Of a stretch of DNA of 64,000 bases, positions 9,755-21,225 are shown in pieces (within the stretch, counting starts at the first letter, position 1; each line of letters opens with the position of its first letter). The stretch spans positions 7,680 through 71,679 of the forward strand of contig CAWGYL010000007.1 in assembly GCA_963826885.1 (NCBI GenBank), given 5' to 3'. The notes beneath the pieces were generated by a model that was given only the letters and a program-made list of their open reading frames with translations, was not told the DNA's origin and made no database searches. A program made the translations under genes and the position numbers. The DNA comes from Nitrospirota bacterium (GTDB lineage Bacteria > Nitrospirota > UBA9217).

Positions 9755-11977
9755 ATGAATTATCTTGAAAACTTAAACCCGCCTCAACAGGAGGCAGTGC
9801 TGCACGGGGACGGACCCCTTCTGATCCTCGCCGGAGCGGGCAGCGGCAAAACACGGGTGATTACGAGCAGGATCGCACACCTGATACGCGAACGGGGCGT
9901 CGGGCCGGACAACATCCTCGCAGTTACCTTCACGAACAAGGCCGCAAACGAAATGAGGGAGCGTGTTGAGCGGATGCTTGACATCCCGCTCACCCGGCTT
10001 TGGATTAGCACGTTCCACTCCTCCTGCGTTCGGATCCTGCGCCAGCACATCATGGCGCTGGGTTATAAGCGCTCCTTCGTAATCTATGACGAAACGGACC
10101 GCTCGTCGCTCATCAAGGCCTGTATGACTGATTTGCGGATTGACTCGGAGCGGTACCAGCCCCGGGCAATCAGCGCGCGAATCAGCGCACTCAAGAACAA
10201 TCTGACGGACGCCGAGCAGTTCGAGAAAACGAGCTCTCATTACGGGTTTGATGAGGCGGTCGGCCGGGTCTATTCGCTGTTCCAGGAAAAGATCAGGGAA
10301 GCAGGCGGCCTGGATTTCGACGACCTGCTTATGCTTACAGTCAGGCTCTTCGAGCGTCACCAGGATGTGCTCCGGTATTACCAGAGCTTGTTCAAACATA
10401 TCCTGATTGACGAATACCAGGATACGAATCATGCCCAGTACCGTCTGGTGCGTCTGTTGACCGCGGAGCGGAAAAACCTCTGTGTCGTGGGTGACGATGA
10501 CCAGAGCATTTACCGTTTCCGCGGAGCGGACATCTCGAACATTCTGAATTTTGAAAAAGACTACCCTGATGCCAGGGTCATCAAGCTCGAACAGAACTAC
10601 CGCTCCACCGGGAACATCCTCGACGCGGCCGGGGCGGTGGTAGCCCGCAACCTCGGCAGAAAGCCCAAGGAACTCTGGACGCAAAAACGCGGCGGCGACA
10701 AGATCCAGTGCTATAAAGCGGTGGACGAAAAGGACGAGGCTCGCTTCATCTGTCGGACCATCCAACAGGAAGTGGACGGGGGCCGGAGCCTGCGCGAGCT
10801 GGCGATGCTCTACCGCACGAACGCCCAGTCGCGGGCCCTCGAGGATGGGCTCAGAAACCGGGGTATTCCGTACCGGATATTCGGCGGTCTGCGGTTCTAC
10901 GACCGCAAGGAAATCAAGGATATCATCGCCTACCTGCGGGTCCTGCAGAACCCCGCGGATATGATCAGCCTCCGTCGGATCATTAACGTCCCGGCCCGCG
11001 GCATCGGCGACACTACTGTCGACAAGCTCGAGCGGGCAGCGGCGCAGGCGGGTGTCACGCTGTACGAGTCCGCGATGAATGCGGAGAATGCCGACGTCAC
11101 ATCATCGGCCAAAAAGAAGCTCCGGGAATTCACCGGCATGATGGAGCGCATGCGGATCGATCTCGGAACCGCAACCATCACCGATCTTGTCAGACGAGTG
11201 ATCCACGAATCCGGTTATGGCGCTGCGCTTGAGAAGGAGAAGACCGTCGAGTCGCGGATCAGGCTGGAAAACCTGAACGAGCTTCTGACGGCCACCGAGG
11301 ATTTTCAAGAGCAAAATCGTGATGCTTCGGTTCCGGCGTTCCTGGACCAGGTGGCGCTCATTACAGACCTTGAGCAGCAGACCGCGGCTGACTCCGGACG
11401 GGGAAACAGCGATTCTGTGACGCTTATGACGCTTCATAACGCCAAGGGCCTCGAATTCGCAGTGGTTTTCATGGTGGGCATGGAAGAAGGTTTGTTCCCC
11501 CATTCCCGTTCTGCGGAAAACGAGGAGGAACTGGAAGAAGAGCGGCGGCTCTGCTATGTAGGAATCACCAGGGCCAAGGAAAAACTTATCCTGACGTATG
11601 CCATGGAGCGGCGACTGTACGGGTACCCGCAGGCAAATCTGATGTCGCGATTCGTAAACGAAATTCCTGGTGATGCCATTGAATTTATCGGCACGGAATC
11701 GGCTGACACCCGTTATCGGGGACAGCGGGTGTCGTGGGAAGACAGTTCTTGCGAGACCGTTCAAAAGGACACGATTTTCTCGAAACCTGTTCAGCCGGTA
11801 ACATCCGGCTCCGGTAGCCGGTACTATAAAGGCGCCGTGGTGCGGCATTCCAAGTTCGGCCTCGGCACAGTCCAGCGTTCGGAAGGGGCGGGGGACGAGT
11901 TAAAGATCAGCGTGAGTTTTCCTGGACATGGCATAAAAACGCTGGCGGTAAAATACGCGAATCTTGAAGTGATATGA
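9755..11977 (+). CDS. pcrA: ATP-dependent DNA helicase PcrA/UvrD
   Basis: 740 aa. 'LNPPQQEAV', Walker A 'AGAGSGKTRV', 'ILAVTFTNKAANEM', 'ILIDEYQDTN', 'QNYRST'. Has the UvrD C-terminal Tudor-like domain. Confidence 0.9.
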   Translation: MNYLENLNPPQQEAVLHGDGPLLILAGAGSGKTRVITSRIAHLIRERGVGPDNILAVTFTNKAANEMRERVERMLDIPLTRLWISTFHSSCVRILRQHIMALGYKRSFVIYDETDRSSLIKACMTDLRIDSERYQPRAISARISALKNNLTDAEQFEKTSSHYGFDEAVGRVYSLFQEKIREAGGLDFDDLLMLTVRLFERHQDVLRYYQSLFKHILIDEYQDTNHAQYRLVRLLTAERKNLCVVGDDDQSIYRFRGADISNILNFEKDYPDARVIKLEQNYRSTGNILDAAGAVVARNLGRKPKELWTQKRGGDKIQCYKAVDEKDEARFICRTIQQEVDGGRSLRELAMLYRTNAQSRALEDGLRNRGIPYRIFGGLRFYDRKEIKDIIAYLRVLQNPADMISLRRIINVPARGIGDTTVDKLERAAAQAGVTLYESAMNAENADVTSSAKKKLREFTGMMERMRIDLGTATITDLVRRVIHESGYGAALEKEKTVESRIRLENLNELLTATEDFQEQNRDASVPAFLDQVALITDLEQQTAADSGRGNSDSVTLMTLHNAKGLEFAVVFMVGMEEGLFPHSRSAENEEELEEERRLCYVGITRAKEKLILTYAMERRLYGYPQANLMSRFVNEIPGDAIEFIGTESADTRYRGQRVSWEDSSCETVQKDTIFSKPVQPVTSGSGSRYYKGAVVRHSKFGLGTVQRSEGAGDELKISVSFPGHGIKTLAVKYANLEVI

Positions 11978-12026
11978 TCGCGCAGGCTATATACAACAGG
12001 CACCAGACAGGGGATAATGAGGAATT

Positions 12027-12314
12027 ATGAAGATCACAAGACAGGAAGTTGAACACGTTGCGAAACTCGCACGCCTGGAATTGTCGGAGCAGGAAAAAGA
12101 AAAGCTGACAGATCAGCTTTCAAATATTTTGACGTATGTTGAAAAGCTGAACGAACTTGATACAAAGAACGTGGCGCCCACATCGCATGTTCTGGACATT
12201 ACCAATGTTATGCGAGATGATACTCCTGGGGAAAGTCTGCCGCAGGATCTGGCCCTAGCAAATGCGCCGGACAAGGCCGCAGGGCACTATAAAGTGCCAA
12301 GGATAATAGAATAG
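12027..12314 (+). CDS. gatC: Asp-tRNA(Asn)/Glu-tRNA(Gln) amidotransferase subunit C
   Basis: 95 aa. 'EVEHVAKLARLELSEQEKEKLTDQLSNILTYVEKLNELDT'. Confidence 0.85.
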   Translation: MKITRQEVEHVAKLARLELSEQEKEKLTDQLSNILTYVEKLNELDTKNVAPTSHVLDITNVMRDDTPGESLPQDLALANAPDKAAGHYKVPRIIE

Positions 12315-12420
12315 CGGGGAAAGTAGCAAGGCATGAGTATTTGAGAGTTCGCAGGTCGGTCTCGGGGAAAATCTTTTATTACTCGCGCCGGTCTCTGAAC
12401 GGCAGTCATAAAGGAGAACA

Positions 12421-12774
12421 ATGTTCAGATTGATGCTTCGATCAAAAATCCACCGTGCAACCGTTACGGACGCCAACCTCGAATACGAGGGCAGTCTGAC
12501 CGTCGATCCCCTGCTTCTCGAGACGGCTGGTATTCTTCCTTACGAACAGGTGAGCGTTTCCAATCTCAATAATGGGGAACGGTTTGAGACATATGTAATC
12601 CCCGGCAAAACCGGAGCGGGAGAGATGGTGCTAAACGGCCCGACAGCGAGAAAAGGGGTTAAAGGAGACAAGGTCATCGTTTTCTGCTACGAGTATTTCA
12701 ACGAAGAAGAGCTGAAAAATTTTAAACCCAGGATCATTCTTGTGGATGAAAACAACCGGATGAGGGGAAAATAA
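12421..12774 (+). CDS. panD: aspartate 1-decarboxylase proenzyme
   Basis: 117 aa. '[25 protein letters not shown]' carries the Gly-Ser self-cleavage site. '[10 protein letters not shown]'. Stop overlaps the gatA start. Confidence 0.85.
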   Translation: MFRLMLRSKIHRATVTDANLEYEGSLTVDPLLLETAGILPYEQVSVSNLNNGERFETYVIPGKTGAGEMVLNGPTARKGVKGDKVIVFCYEYFNEEELKNFKPRIILVDENNRMRGK

Positions 12775-14234
12775 TGGAGTACTATCAGCTGACGATACAC
12801 AAACTGCACGACATGCTGAAAAAAGGCGAGACAACGTCACGCGCTGTCACCGAGTCGGTTCTCGACAGGATAAAATCAGTTGACGAAAAGGTCAAAGCCT
12901 ACATCACGGTCACGGCGGAGGGAGCGCGTTCGCAAGCGCAGGAAGCGGATAAACGGATTAGGTCCGGAGATTCCTCTTCCCTGCTTCTCGGCATCCCGAT
13001 CGCCGTGAAGGACAATATGTGCACTGACGGTATTAAAACCACCTGCGCCTCGAAGATTCTCGGAAACTTCGTGCCGCCGTATGATGCAACTGTGGTCGCC
13101 AAACTCAAGAAGGCGGGCTATGTGCTCTGCGGCAAGCCTAACATGGATGAATTCGCCATGGGGTCATCGACGGAAAATTCGGGGTTCTTTATTACGAAAA
13201 ATCCCTGGGACCTGGAACGGATACCCGGTGGATCGAGCGGGGGATCGGCGGCAGCTGTTGCCGCGGGAGAATGCATCGCCGCGCTCGGCTCGGACACGGG
13301 TGGCTCGATCCGCCAGCCAGCGGCATGCTGCGGGGTCGTTGGTCTCAAGCCGACCTACGGAAGAGTGTCTCGCTACGGCCTTGTGGCATTCGCATCATCC
13401 CTGGACCAGATCGGTCCCATAACCAAGGATGTGACTGATTCCGCCCTGCTCATGAATGTGCTCTCAGGCCACGACACCAGGGATTCAACATCGGCGGAAA
13501 TTGCGGCTCCTGATTTTACCCGGGCGCTCAAAAAAGACGTAAAAGGCATGAAAATCGGCCTTCCGAAGGAATACTTTATCGAGGGGATGGACCCGGAAGT
13601 GGAAAAGGCGGTTAAGGACGCAGTGAAAACCCTCGAGGGACTCGGCGCTACGGTGGTTGAAGTTTCACTTCCTCATACGGATTATGCTGTGGCCACCTAC
13701 TATATTCTGGCAACATCCGAGGCAAGCTCGAATCTCGCCCGTTATGACGGAGTCAAGTACGGGTTCCGCGCCGGCGGAGCCAAAGACCTTCTGGACATGT
13801 ACATGAAATCACGTAGCCAGGGCTTCGGCCCCGAGGTAAAACGCAGGATCATGCTCGGTACCTACGCGCTATCCGCGGGATACTACGATGCTTATTACAA
13901 AAAAGGACAGCAGGTCCGGACATTGATCAAACGGGATTTCGACGAGGCTTTCAAGATTGTGGATGTCATCGCAACGCCTACGGCGCCGACAGCCGCATTT
14001 AAAATCGGGGAAAAATCCGCCGACCCTCTCCAAATGTACCTGTCCGATATTTTCACGATCAGCGTGAACCTTGCAGGCATACCGGGAATCTCGATCCCCT
14101 GCGGTTTCACCAAGCTGAATCTTCCCATCGGCCTACAATTGCTCGGCAAGCACTTCGACGAAGAGTCGATTTTGCACGCGGCTTATGCCTATGAACAGGC
14201 TACGGCGTGGCATACGAGAAGAGCGAAGTTGTAA
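12774..14234 (+). CDS. gatA: Glu-tRNA(Gln)/Asp-tRNA(Asn) amidotransferase subunit A
   Basis: 486 aa. Amidase signature '[15 protein letters not shown]...[13 protein letters not shown]'. Confidence 0.92.
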   Translation: MEYYQLTIHKLHDMLKKGETTSRAVTESVLDRIKSVDEKVKAYITVTAEGARSQAQEADKRIRSGDSSSLLLGIPIAVKDNMCTDGIKTTCASKILGNFVPPYDATVVAKLKKAGYVLCGKPNMDEFAMGSSTENSGFFITKNPWDLERIPGGSSGGSAAAVAAGECIAALGSDTGGSIRQPAACCGVVGLKPTYGRVSRYGLVAFASSLDQIGPITKDVTDSALLMNVLSGHDTRDSTSAEIAAPDFTRALKKDVKGMKIGLPKEYFIEGMDPEVEKAVKDAVKTLEGLGATVVEVSLPHTDYAVATYYILATSEASSNLARYDGVKYGFRAGGAKDLLDMYMKSRSQGFGPEVKRRIMLGTYALSAGYYDAYYKKGQQVRTLIKRDFDEAFKIVDVIATPTAPTAAFKIGEKSADPLQMYLSDIFTISVNLAGIPGISIPCGFTKLNLPIGLQLLGKHFDEESILHAAYAYEQATAWHTRRAKL

Positions 14235-14281
14235 GGGAAGGGGCAAGGGGTGGGAAGACTTTAATTCAATGAGGAGCAAGT

Positions 14282-15712
14282 ATGAAATATGAGGCAGTTA
14301 TCGGGCTTGAGGTGCATGCCCAGCTCCAGACGAAGACTAAAATTTTCTGCAGATGCGAGACCTGCTTCGGAGAAGACGCAAACACGCGGACCTGTCCGGT
14401 CTGCATCGGCATGCCCGGGGTGCTGCCCGTGCTGAATAGAAAAGCGGTGGAATACATCGTCAAGACAGGGCTGGCCACGCACTGCACGATCAGTCCTTAC
14501 AGCCGGTTCGCGCGCAAAAACTATTTTTATCCCGATCTTCCCAAAGGCTACCAGATATCCCAGTACGAGCTCCCGGTCTGCGAGCGCGGGTACGTCGAGA
14601 TCGTTGTCGAAGGCGCGGTCAAGCGGATCGGACTCACCCGCATTCACCTTGAAGAGGATGCGGGAAAAAACCTGCATACGTCGGAAGCCGGGGCGAGCCT
14701 CGTGGATCTGAATCGCGCCGGTACGCCGCTCATGGAGATTGTATCTGAGCCGGACATCCGTACGCCCGAGGAAGCATCGGAGTATCTCAAAAAACTTCGC
14801 TCCATCCTGCGTTACATCGAAGTCTCCGATGCGGACATGGAAAAAGGGAATTTCCGGTGCGACGCGAACGTCTCCATTCGTCCTGTGGGGGCCAAGGAAT
14901 TCGGCACGCGAACAGAAATCAAGAATGTAAACTCCTTCAAATATGTGCAGAAAGCGATCGAGTACGAGATCAAGCGCCAGGCGCAGGTCCTCGATGACGG
15001 CGGTAAGGTTGTACAGGAGACCCGGCTGTTTGACTCCTCGAAAGGGGTTACTTTCGCTATGCGCAGCAAGGAGGAGGCGCACGACTACCGTTATTTTCCC
15101 GAACCGGATCTCGTCCCCATCGTTGTGGCTCAGGAGATAATTGAGAACGTCGGCAAGACCATTCCCGAATTGCCCGATGCCAAACGGGAGCGGTTTGTGA
15201 AGGAATACGGCCTTCCGGAATATGACGCAGACATGCTCACGCAGAGTAGGCCGATGGCAGCCTATTACGAAGAAGCGGTAAAACTATCCGGCCAGCCCAA
15301 AGTTGTTTCGAATTGGATGATGGGCGAGTTGATGCGGCTGCTGAACGCGGACAATAAGGAAATTGAGGACTGCCCGATCAATCCCGACAAGCTCGCCGGA
15401 ATGGTCAAACTGATCAGCAACGGCGTGATTAGCATCAAGATCGCCAAGACCGTTTTTGAGGAGATGTACAAGACCGGAAAAGATGCGGACACGGTGGTAA
15501 AAGAGCAGGGGCTGGTACAGGTATCGGATACGGGCGAGATTGAAAAGATCATCGATAACGTGATCAAGGCCAACCCCGGTCAGGCCACCGAGTACCGATC
15601 GGGGAAGGAAAAACTGTTTGGCTTCTTTGTCGGCCAGGTTATGAAAGCGAGCAAGGGAAAGGCGAACCCTGATATGGTGAACCAATTGCTCAAGAAAAAG
15701 CTGAGTGCCTAA
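14282..15712 (+). CDS. gatB: Glu-tRNA(Gln)/Asp-tRNA(Asn) amidotransferase subunit B
   Basis: 476 aa. '[13 protein letters not shown]', '[10 protein letters not shown]', 'HLEEDAGK', '[10 protein letters not shown]'. C-terminal YqeY-like domain. Confidence 0.92.
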   Translation: MKYEAVIGLEVHAQLQTKTKIFCRCETCFGEDANTRTCPVCIGMPGVLPVLNRKAVEYIVKTGLATHCTISPYSRFARKNYFYPDLPKGYQISQYELPVCERGYVEIVVEGAVKRIGLTRIHLEEDAGKNLHTSEAGASLVDLNRAGTPLMEIVSEPDIRTPEEASEYLKKLRSILRYIEVSDADMEKGNFRCDANVSIRPVGAKEFGTRTEIKNVNSFKYVQKAIEYEIKRQAQVLDDGGKVVQETRLFDSSKGVTFAMRSKEEAHDYRYFPEPDLVPIVVAQEIIENVGKTIPELPDAKRERFVKEYGLPEYDADMLTQSRPMAAYYEEAVKLSGQPKVVSNWMMGELMRLLNADNKEIEDCPINPDKLAGMVKLISNGVISIKIAKTVFEEMYKTGKDADTVVKEQGLVQVSDTGEIEKIIDNVIKANPGQATEYRSGKEKLFGFFVGQVMKASKGKANPDMVNQLLKKKLSA

Positions 15713-15765
15713 GCACAAGCTGCATTTCCAATATACTTTAAAAAATACAGGCAGGGGGACAGGCA

Positions 15766-16461
15766 ATGATTGAATGGATTCGAAAACACATGGGCTGGAT
15801 GATGTGGGTAATCGTTGGACTGGTTACCGTTACCTTTCTTTTCTTCGGGATGTATCCATCGTCCATGGGGGGAAAAGCGGTGGCGAAAGTGGGTGGGGTC
15901 TTCATAACTAACGACGATGTGAACCGTGTCTACCGTAATTTGTACGATACATATAGGGATGCGCTGAAAGACAAGTTCAACGAGTCTGTTGAAAAGAGCC
16001 TGCGAAACCAGGCCCTTCAGGAGCTCATCGTAAATCAGCTCTTTCTCGCGGAAGCTAAAAACATGGGGCTGCAGGTTTCGGACCAGGAGCTTCAGGCGAA
16101 CATCATGAAGATGCCTGGATTCTTGCGGGACGGCAGGTTCGACAAAGAGGCGTATGACAGAATCCTCGATCGCGTAAACATGACGCCGGCCGCATTTGAG
16201 GCCAATCAACGGGAGTTTCTTCTCCGACAGAAGATGGAGCGGCTTGTCAGGGACAGCGTGACCGTGGAAGATGCCGAACTCAGCGCCGTCTATCAACAGA
16301 GAAATCCCAAAGCGAAACCTGGTGATTTTGAAAAGGATAAGGACACGTTTAGACAGACCTATCTTGCGGAAAAACAGCGGGACGCTTTGACGGTTTTCCT
16401 GAGGAATGTGCAGATGCGCGTCCCTGTAAAAATCGAGGACAAAGCGTACGCAGCATCGTAG
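15766..16461 (+). CDS. SurA N-terminal-domain periplasmic chaperone-like protein (PpiD/SurA-like, no PPIase domain)
   Basis: N-terminal TM anchor 'WVIVGLVTVTFLFF'. SurA_N-like chaperone region. Confidence 0.55.
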   Translation: MIEWIRKHMGWMMWVIVGLVTVTFLFFGMYPSSMGGKAVAKVGGVFITNDDVNRVYRNLYDTYRDALKDKFNESVEKSLRNQALQELIVNQLFLAEAKNMGLQVSDQELQANIMKMPGFLRDGRFDKEAYDRILDRVNMTPAAFEANQREFLLRQKMERLVRDSVTVEDAELSAVYQQRNPKAKPGDFEKDKDTFRQTYLAEKQRDALTVFLRNVQMRVPVKIEDKAYAAS

Positions 16462-16632
16462 GAAGAAGGCAGCGGGAATCGCGGGTAAACATAGTTAAAA
16501 TCGAAAATCAAAAATTCGCCTCGGATAAAGGAATATTCCTCCAGAGGTTGATTTATAACTTGAGCATTTTGAACTTTGACCTGTTCATCCATGGTAGCCT
16601 GTTTTCTAGCTTTATGGATCGGCCTGTTCTGT

Positions 16633-17355
16633 TCAGATAACTGATTTCCATTCCAGGTCTCCCATCAGTGTAAATTGAACGAAATTCCTGATCCTGAGGC
16701 GGGTATCGTCCGGCATGCCGAGGAAGCGGAGACCCATCCCCGGTTCGGATTCGAGCTGAATGCCGAGTCGCAGGGTGCGGACAACTTCCGCGTCGAGTTC
16801 TATTGCCTCAGGATCATGGGGAAGCGTGAATTTGATGTGAAGGGACGTGCCGTCAGGAACTGGCGTCAGCGTGCGTAGGTAGAGACCACCCTCGGAAATA
16901 TCAATGCCAGCCAAGATTTTCTCGGGAGTTCCCTCGGCTATTTCCACCGGTACTTTCAGCGGGACACGGGGAGCCAATCTCGACTGCCCGCTTAACCGGC
17001 CCAGGACACCGTAAACAATGGCCAGATCGAGCGGTTTCGTCAGGATAGCAGAAACACCCTGGGAAAGCAGAGATTGGATCGTTTCTGGGTTGTCGTTTGT
17101 CATGAAGAGAACAAGCGGAGCGTTCTTGACCGAGGGGTCGGTCCTTAAAAGAGTGATCGAAGGCTGCAGCTCGAGTTCCGACGCCTCGCCATCGAAGAGT
17201 ATGAAGGAGAAAGGAGTTTGACCGGCCAATAGAACGCCTTCTTCAGCGGTCTTGGCCAGAACCGGCGAATACCAGATGCGGTTCAAGAGAACACCGAGAT
17301 ACATTTGCCCTGCGGCAGTGTGGCAGATTACCAGGGCCGGCTTTTTCTCAGACAT
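16633..17355 (-). CDS. receiver (REC)-like domain + PilZ domain protein
   Basis: PilZ c-di-GMP motifs 'RLAPR' (RxxxR) and 'DISEGG' (DxSxxG). N-terminal CheY-like fold 'ALVICHTAAG...ILFDGEAS'. Confidence 0.65.
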   Translation of the reverse strand: MSEKKPALVICHTAAGQMYLGVLLNRIWYSPVLAKTAEEGVLLAGQTPFSFILFDGEASELELQPSITLLRTDPSVKNAPLVLFMTNDNPETIQSLLSQGVSAILTKPLDLAIVYGVLGRLSGQSRLAPRVPLKVPVEIAEGTPEKILAGIDISEGGLYLRTLTPVPDGTSLHIKFTLPHDPEAIELDAEVVRTLRLGIQLESEPGMGLRFLGMPDDTRLRIRNFVQFTLMGDLEWKSVI

Positions 17356-17472
17356 CTGTTCCCCCCTTTTTGCTCCGGCATTCACCATGCGATTTAAAAA
17401 TTCACTTTGCCTTCAGCCACTGTTGTCTGCAGCTTATAAAGCATACAGCATCTAAATTGTCTACATCGTATG

Positions 17473-18873
17473 TCAATCGTTCCCGCCCGCTAGCTCCGTA
17501 AACAGATGAATGAGGCTCCGGCACCCCTTTTCCCAGTCGGAGATGAGCAGGCTTTCGTTTTCCGAATGAGCGGCCGTGTAAGGATCGCCGACGCCGAAAA
17601 GCAGTGCAGGAGCTCCGTGGAACGCATCGGTGATCGTCTGTACAAAGGGAATCGAGCCGCCCGCCCCCACGACGACGGGCTTTTCACCATAGCCCTGTTC
17701 GAGAGAACGCAGCGCGGTCTCAAACACGGGTCCTGTCGTATCGGTCTTCCACCATGGCGCCGGCGTTTCGGGTTTCATAGTTACCTGGACACCCCAAGGT
17801 GTATTTTTTCTTAAGTGGTCCATGAGCAGTTCAAGTGTTTCGGCAGTATCCATATCAGGGACGATCCTGATGCCGATTCTTGCCCATGCCACATCATTAA
17901 TAATATTTGCAGCCTGTTTTCTGCTGCTTGCCTCGATCGCATTCACCGCGACAGACGGGAGGTACCACATCTTCTCGAATATAGATCCATGGCCGCCGGT
18001 AATCCGCACCCCGTCGAGAAGCCTCGCCTGTTTCCGGTAGAGAGATTCGTTGAATGGCAGGGAATTGAGTCTGGCAGCATCACGCGGCGAGAGCTTTCGA
18101 ACCTTGTCGAGAAGTCCGGGGATGTCAGGCCTCCCTTCTTTGTCAGCCAGGCTGGCGATCATCCGGGAAAGGGCCTGAACAGGGTCCGGGAGTGGGCCAC
18201 CCCAGGTTCCTGAGTGCACGCTCGATTCCAGTGACCGGACCTCGACATTGACTGTCACGATGCCGCGGAGCGACGCAGTGAGTGTCGGGATGCCGCTGTC
18301 GAAATTTTCACTATCGGCAATGAGTACTACATCAGCGGATAGAAGGCCGAGATTCTTTTTAAGGATTCCGCTGAGATTAGTCGATCCCACCTCTTCCTCG
18401 CCTTCGATCAGGATTTTGACATTCACCGGGAGTGATCCCGTTGCGTTGAGACAGGACTGCACCGCGACAGCATGCATCACTGCGCCTGCCTTGTCATCGG
18501 AAGTTCCGCGGCCGTAAAGCCGTCCGTTGCGCACGGTCGGTTCAAAAGGCGGTGAGATCCATAATTCCTCCCGGCCGACGGGCTGGACATCGTAATGGGC
18601 ATAGAGGAGGATGGTCGGCCTGCCCGGCGCTCCTGTCCATTGCCCGAATACGGATGGGTAGCCTGTCCCGGTTTCGAGCAGGCGCACGTCATTGAGGCCG
18701 CATTCCTTAAGGAAAGAGGCAACCGATTCGGCGCAGCGTCTCACCGGCGTGGGGTCAAAACCGGGGAAACTGATGCTCGGGATGCGGACAAGATCTTTCA
18801 GGGCATCCAGATGTGCCGTTCTGTTGTTGTTCAGAAAGTCGAGTGCGTCGGGAACAGAAGAGGTTTTTTTCAT
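17473..18873 (-). CDS. M20-family metallopeptidase / dipeptidase (ArgE/DapE/CPG2 family)
   Basis: 466 aa. 'TILLYAHYDVQPVG', 'GRGTSDDKAG', 'EGEEEVGS'. Confidence 0.8.
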   Translation of the reverse strand: MKKTSSVPDALDFLNNNRTAHLDALKDLVRIPSISFPGFDPTPVRRCAESVASFLKECGLNDVRLLETGTGYPSVFGQWTGAPGRPTILLYAHYDVQPVGREELWISPPFEPTVRNGRLYGRGTSDDKAGAVMHAVAVQSCLNATGSLPVNVKILIEGEEEVGSTNLSGILKKNLGLLSADVVLIADSENFDSGIPTLTASLRGIVTVNVEVRSLESSVHSGTWGGPLPDPVQALSRMIASLADKEGRPDIPGLLDKVRKLSPRDAARLNSLPFNESLYRKQARLLDGVRITGGHGSIFEKMWYLPSVAVNAIEASSRKQAANIINDVAWARIGIRIVPDMDTAETLELLMDHLRKNTPWGVQVTMKPETPAPWWKTDTTGPVFETALRSLEQGYGEKPVVVGAGGSIPFVQTITDAFHGAPALLFGVGDPYTAAHSENESLLISDWEKGCRSLIHLFTELAGGND

Positions 18874-19090
18874 TGAACCGTTCCTTGATCAACGGGAATC
18901 CTGGGCAGTAAGTTCCGGAGGAAGCTAATGAGAAGCATTATACAGAGCGTGACGTCCTTGTCAATATTGTTTTCCATCGACTGCTTTCGTTCTAACGATC
19001 ATCGCAATGAAAGAAATCATGATCCTGCGGTTATCAACTCGTTGCCACAAAAGACCCCGCGCGTCTGTCTCTAACTCGTCGCTATGTCTT

Positions 19091-20575
19091 TCATTCCCCG
19101 ACCATCCTGAAGTCGATATAGCCGCGTTCTACGTTCGTTTGCACAAGCTGAACCCGGACCTTCTGGCCCACATCCATTCCGCTAAAACCGCTTATAAGTC
19201 TACCTTCAATGGGCGGATAAGGAAGACGGACCCAGGTGCCTTTTTCCGCTGCGCCTGTTACGATTGCCTCGAACTGCTCGCCGATCCGGTGTTCCAGAAG
19301 CATTGCTGCAGCAGATTTTTTGACATGCCGTTCGACCTTCTTCGCATCGTCCTCTTTTTCCGTACAGTGTTTTGCGAGTGATGACAGCTCTCCGTTCTCG
19401 TAGGGCATATGGTGCCCGGCTATGGCTGCCTTCAGCAAGCGCTGCGTGATTAGGTCAGGATAGCGGCGGTTCGGGGCCGTGGAGTGGGAATAATCCTGGA
19501 CTGCAAGAGCGAAGTGACCGCTTGGAACGCCTCCTGGCACTTCAAGGACATATTCACCCGAGCCGAGCAGCTTGATGATTGAAAGGGAAAGATCAGGAAA
19601 CCGAAGCGGGTCAGCGGCCTGCGCTTGGGTGAGGAATGCTTCCAGCGCCTTTGCATCAGGCTCTTCGGAAAGTGTTTGGCCGTGGTCTGAGACCAGTTCC
19701 CTGATCCGATCCCACCGCTTGGGTGTGCGGACCACGCGACGGAACGACGGCAGACCCCTGGCAGTGAGAAAACGCGCCGTCACGCCGTTTGCGGCGATCA
19801 TGAGGTCTTCGATGATGTCTTTTGCCCTGTTCTTTCGTTCGACCTGGATGTCCTTGATTTCATCGGCATCGAACACTAGCCGGGCCTCCACGGTCTCAAG
19901 AGTCAGCGCGCCGTGCTCGTGCCGGAGCTTTTTGAGCCGCTGTGCGACCCGGTCCTGGATCCTAATATTCTCGTCAAGGCCGGGGACCGCACTAATCTCC
20001 GCCGGGATCAGGCCATCGCCCTCCAGCCAGCCGGCAACGCTGTTGTAGGCCAGCTTTGCTTGGTTCCGGACGAGCGCTTCATACACGTCGGAATGGAGAA
20101 GCGCTCCCTCCTCACTGACAACCATTTCGACGACTAGTGCATTCCGTTCCGACGCATAGTTGAGGGACGTGAGGTCCGTCGAAAGCTTTTCCGGAAGCAT
20201 GGGAAAGATCATTGCGGCGGTATATACCGACGTTGTATTTCTACAAGCATGCTCGTCGATGGCCGAGTCCTTCTTGACCAGGGCATCGACATCAGCAACG
20301 GCTACTAGGACTTTTACGCTCTTGTCAGGCATGACCTCTGCAACGCTCAACTGGTCCAGATCGCGAGAGTCATCGTTGTCTATGGAACACCAGAGCAATT
20401 GCCGTAGATCGCGTCTTTTACTGTCTGTTGCAGTCGCCGGTTCGCGAAGCTCGCCGAGTTCGGCCAGCGCCCGGGGAGAGAAGTCCGGGAGCAGACCTCG
20501 CTCGACCATTGCCTGGCGGGCAATTCTTTGCAATAGAGCGCGGTGTTGTTTGTCGTTTGTATTTGTCAGGGCCAT
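19091..20575 (-). CDS. RNB-domain 3'-5' exoribonuclease (RNase II/R family) with C-terminal S1-like domain
   Basis: 494 aa. 'WCSIDNDDSRDLDQ', 'VYTAAMIFPMLPEKLS', 'DLMIAANGVTARF'. Confidence 0.8.
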   Translation of the reverse strand: MALTNTNDKQHRALLQRIARQAMVERGLLPDFSPRALAELGELREPATATDSKRRDLRQLLWCSIDNDDSRDLDQLSVAEVMPDKSVKVLVAVADVDALVKKDSAIDEHACRNTTSVYTAAMIFPMLPEKLSTDLTSLNYASERNALVVEMVVSEEGALLHSDVYEALVRNQAKLAYNSVAGWLEGDGLIPAEISAVPGLDENIRIQDRVAQRLKKLRHEHGALTLETVEARLVFDADEIKDIQVERKNRAKDIIEDLMIAANGVTARFLTARGLPSFRRVVRTPKRWDRIRELVSDHGQTLSEEPDAKALEAFLTQAQAADPLRFPDLSLSIIKLLGSGEYVLEVPGGVPSGHFALAVQDYSHSTAPNRRYPDLITQRLLKAAIAGHHMPYENGELSSLAKHCTEKEDDAKKVERHVKKSAAAMLLEHRIGEQFEAIVTGAAEKGTWVRLPYPPIEGRLISGFSGMDVGQKVRVQLVQTNVERGYIDFRMVGE

Positions 20576-20972
20576 GAGAACAGTATAGAGAACATTGAAA
20601 AAAAGTACAAGAGGGGAAAATTTAGACTTGATTTAGAGGGCGCATAAACGTCAGGAGAATCTTTAGGGTGGCGTCTTACGGTTTTACAATTAGTATTTTG
20701 TGGAGCTTGTCAACTCCGGTTCAAGGATGAATCAATCGAAGGATGCTAAAGACACCCCGATCCCGAAATCATCGATCGGGATATTGTTGAAGCCCTGATA
20801 GCAGCATGGGAACGTTCTGTAAGGATAACGTTAGTGCTTCCTCAAAAAAAGATAATATCTTAGGGCTGGGGGCGTTGCATTTGGCATTACTCAGCATGTG
20901 ATATCGCGATCGCAGCCCCGACGCCCCGCAAATTGTTGTACATCTCAACCGCCTCTTAGGTACATTCCACCT

Positions 20973-21221
20973 TCACCTCATCCCCTGCGTAGAAATCCGA
21001 TCAATGGTTTCCCCGGGGACGCCCATGATACCAGCATAGATCGTGCAGATGACGACAACTTCCAGACCGACTGCACTACTTATAACCACGTCCAAAAGCT
21101 GAAGAAAATGGTCTTCCTTTCCACTACGCGGCGTCAATCCTGTCGGATAAATAATGACGTCCGAGGCAGAGGTTTTTCCGTTGATGACGATTCTGGCGAA
21201 GCTGTAGGAGTCGATCTTCAT
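20973..21221 (-). CDS. Mth938-like domain protein (DUF498), possibly truncated
   Basis: 'MKIDSYSFARIVINGKTSASDVIIYP' matches the Mth938 N-terminus. 82 aa is shorter than usual. Confidence 0.45.
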   Translation of the reverse strand: MKIDSYSFARIVINGKTSASDVIIYPTGLTPRSGKEDHFLQLLDVVISSAVGLEVVVICTIYAGIMGVPGETIDRISTQGMR

Positions 21222-21225
21222 AGTT

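Noticed and set aside
9773-11848. Long antisense ORFs (330 aa, 248 aa) inside pcrA
   Set aside because: Shadow ORFs typical of high-GC DNA. The sense strand encodes a full helicase.
14261-15082. 273-aa antisense ORF inside gatB
   Set aside because: Shadow ORF with no recognisable motifs.
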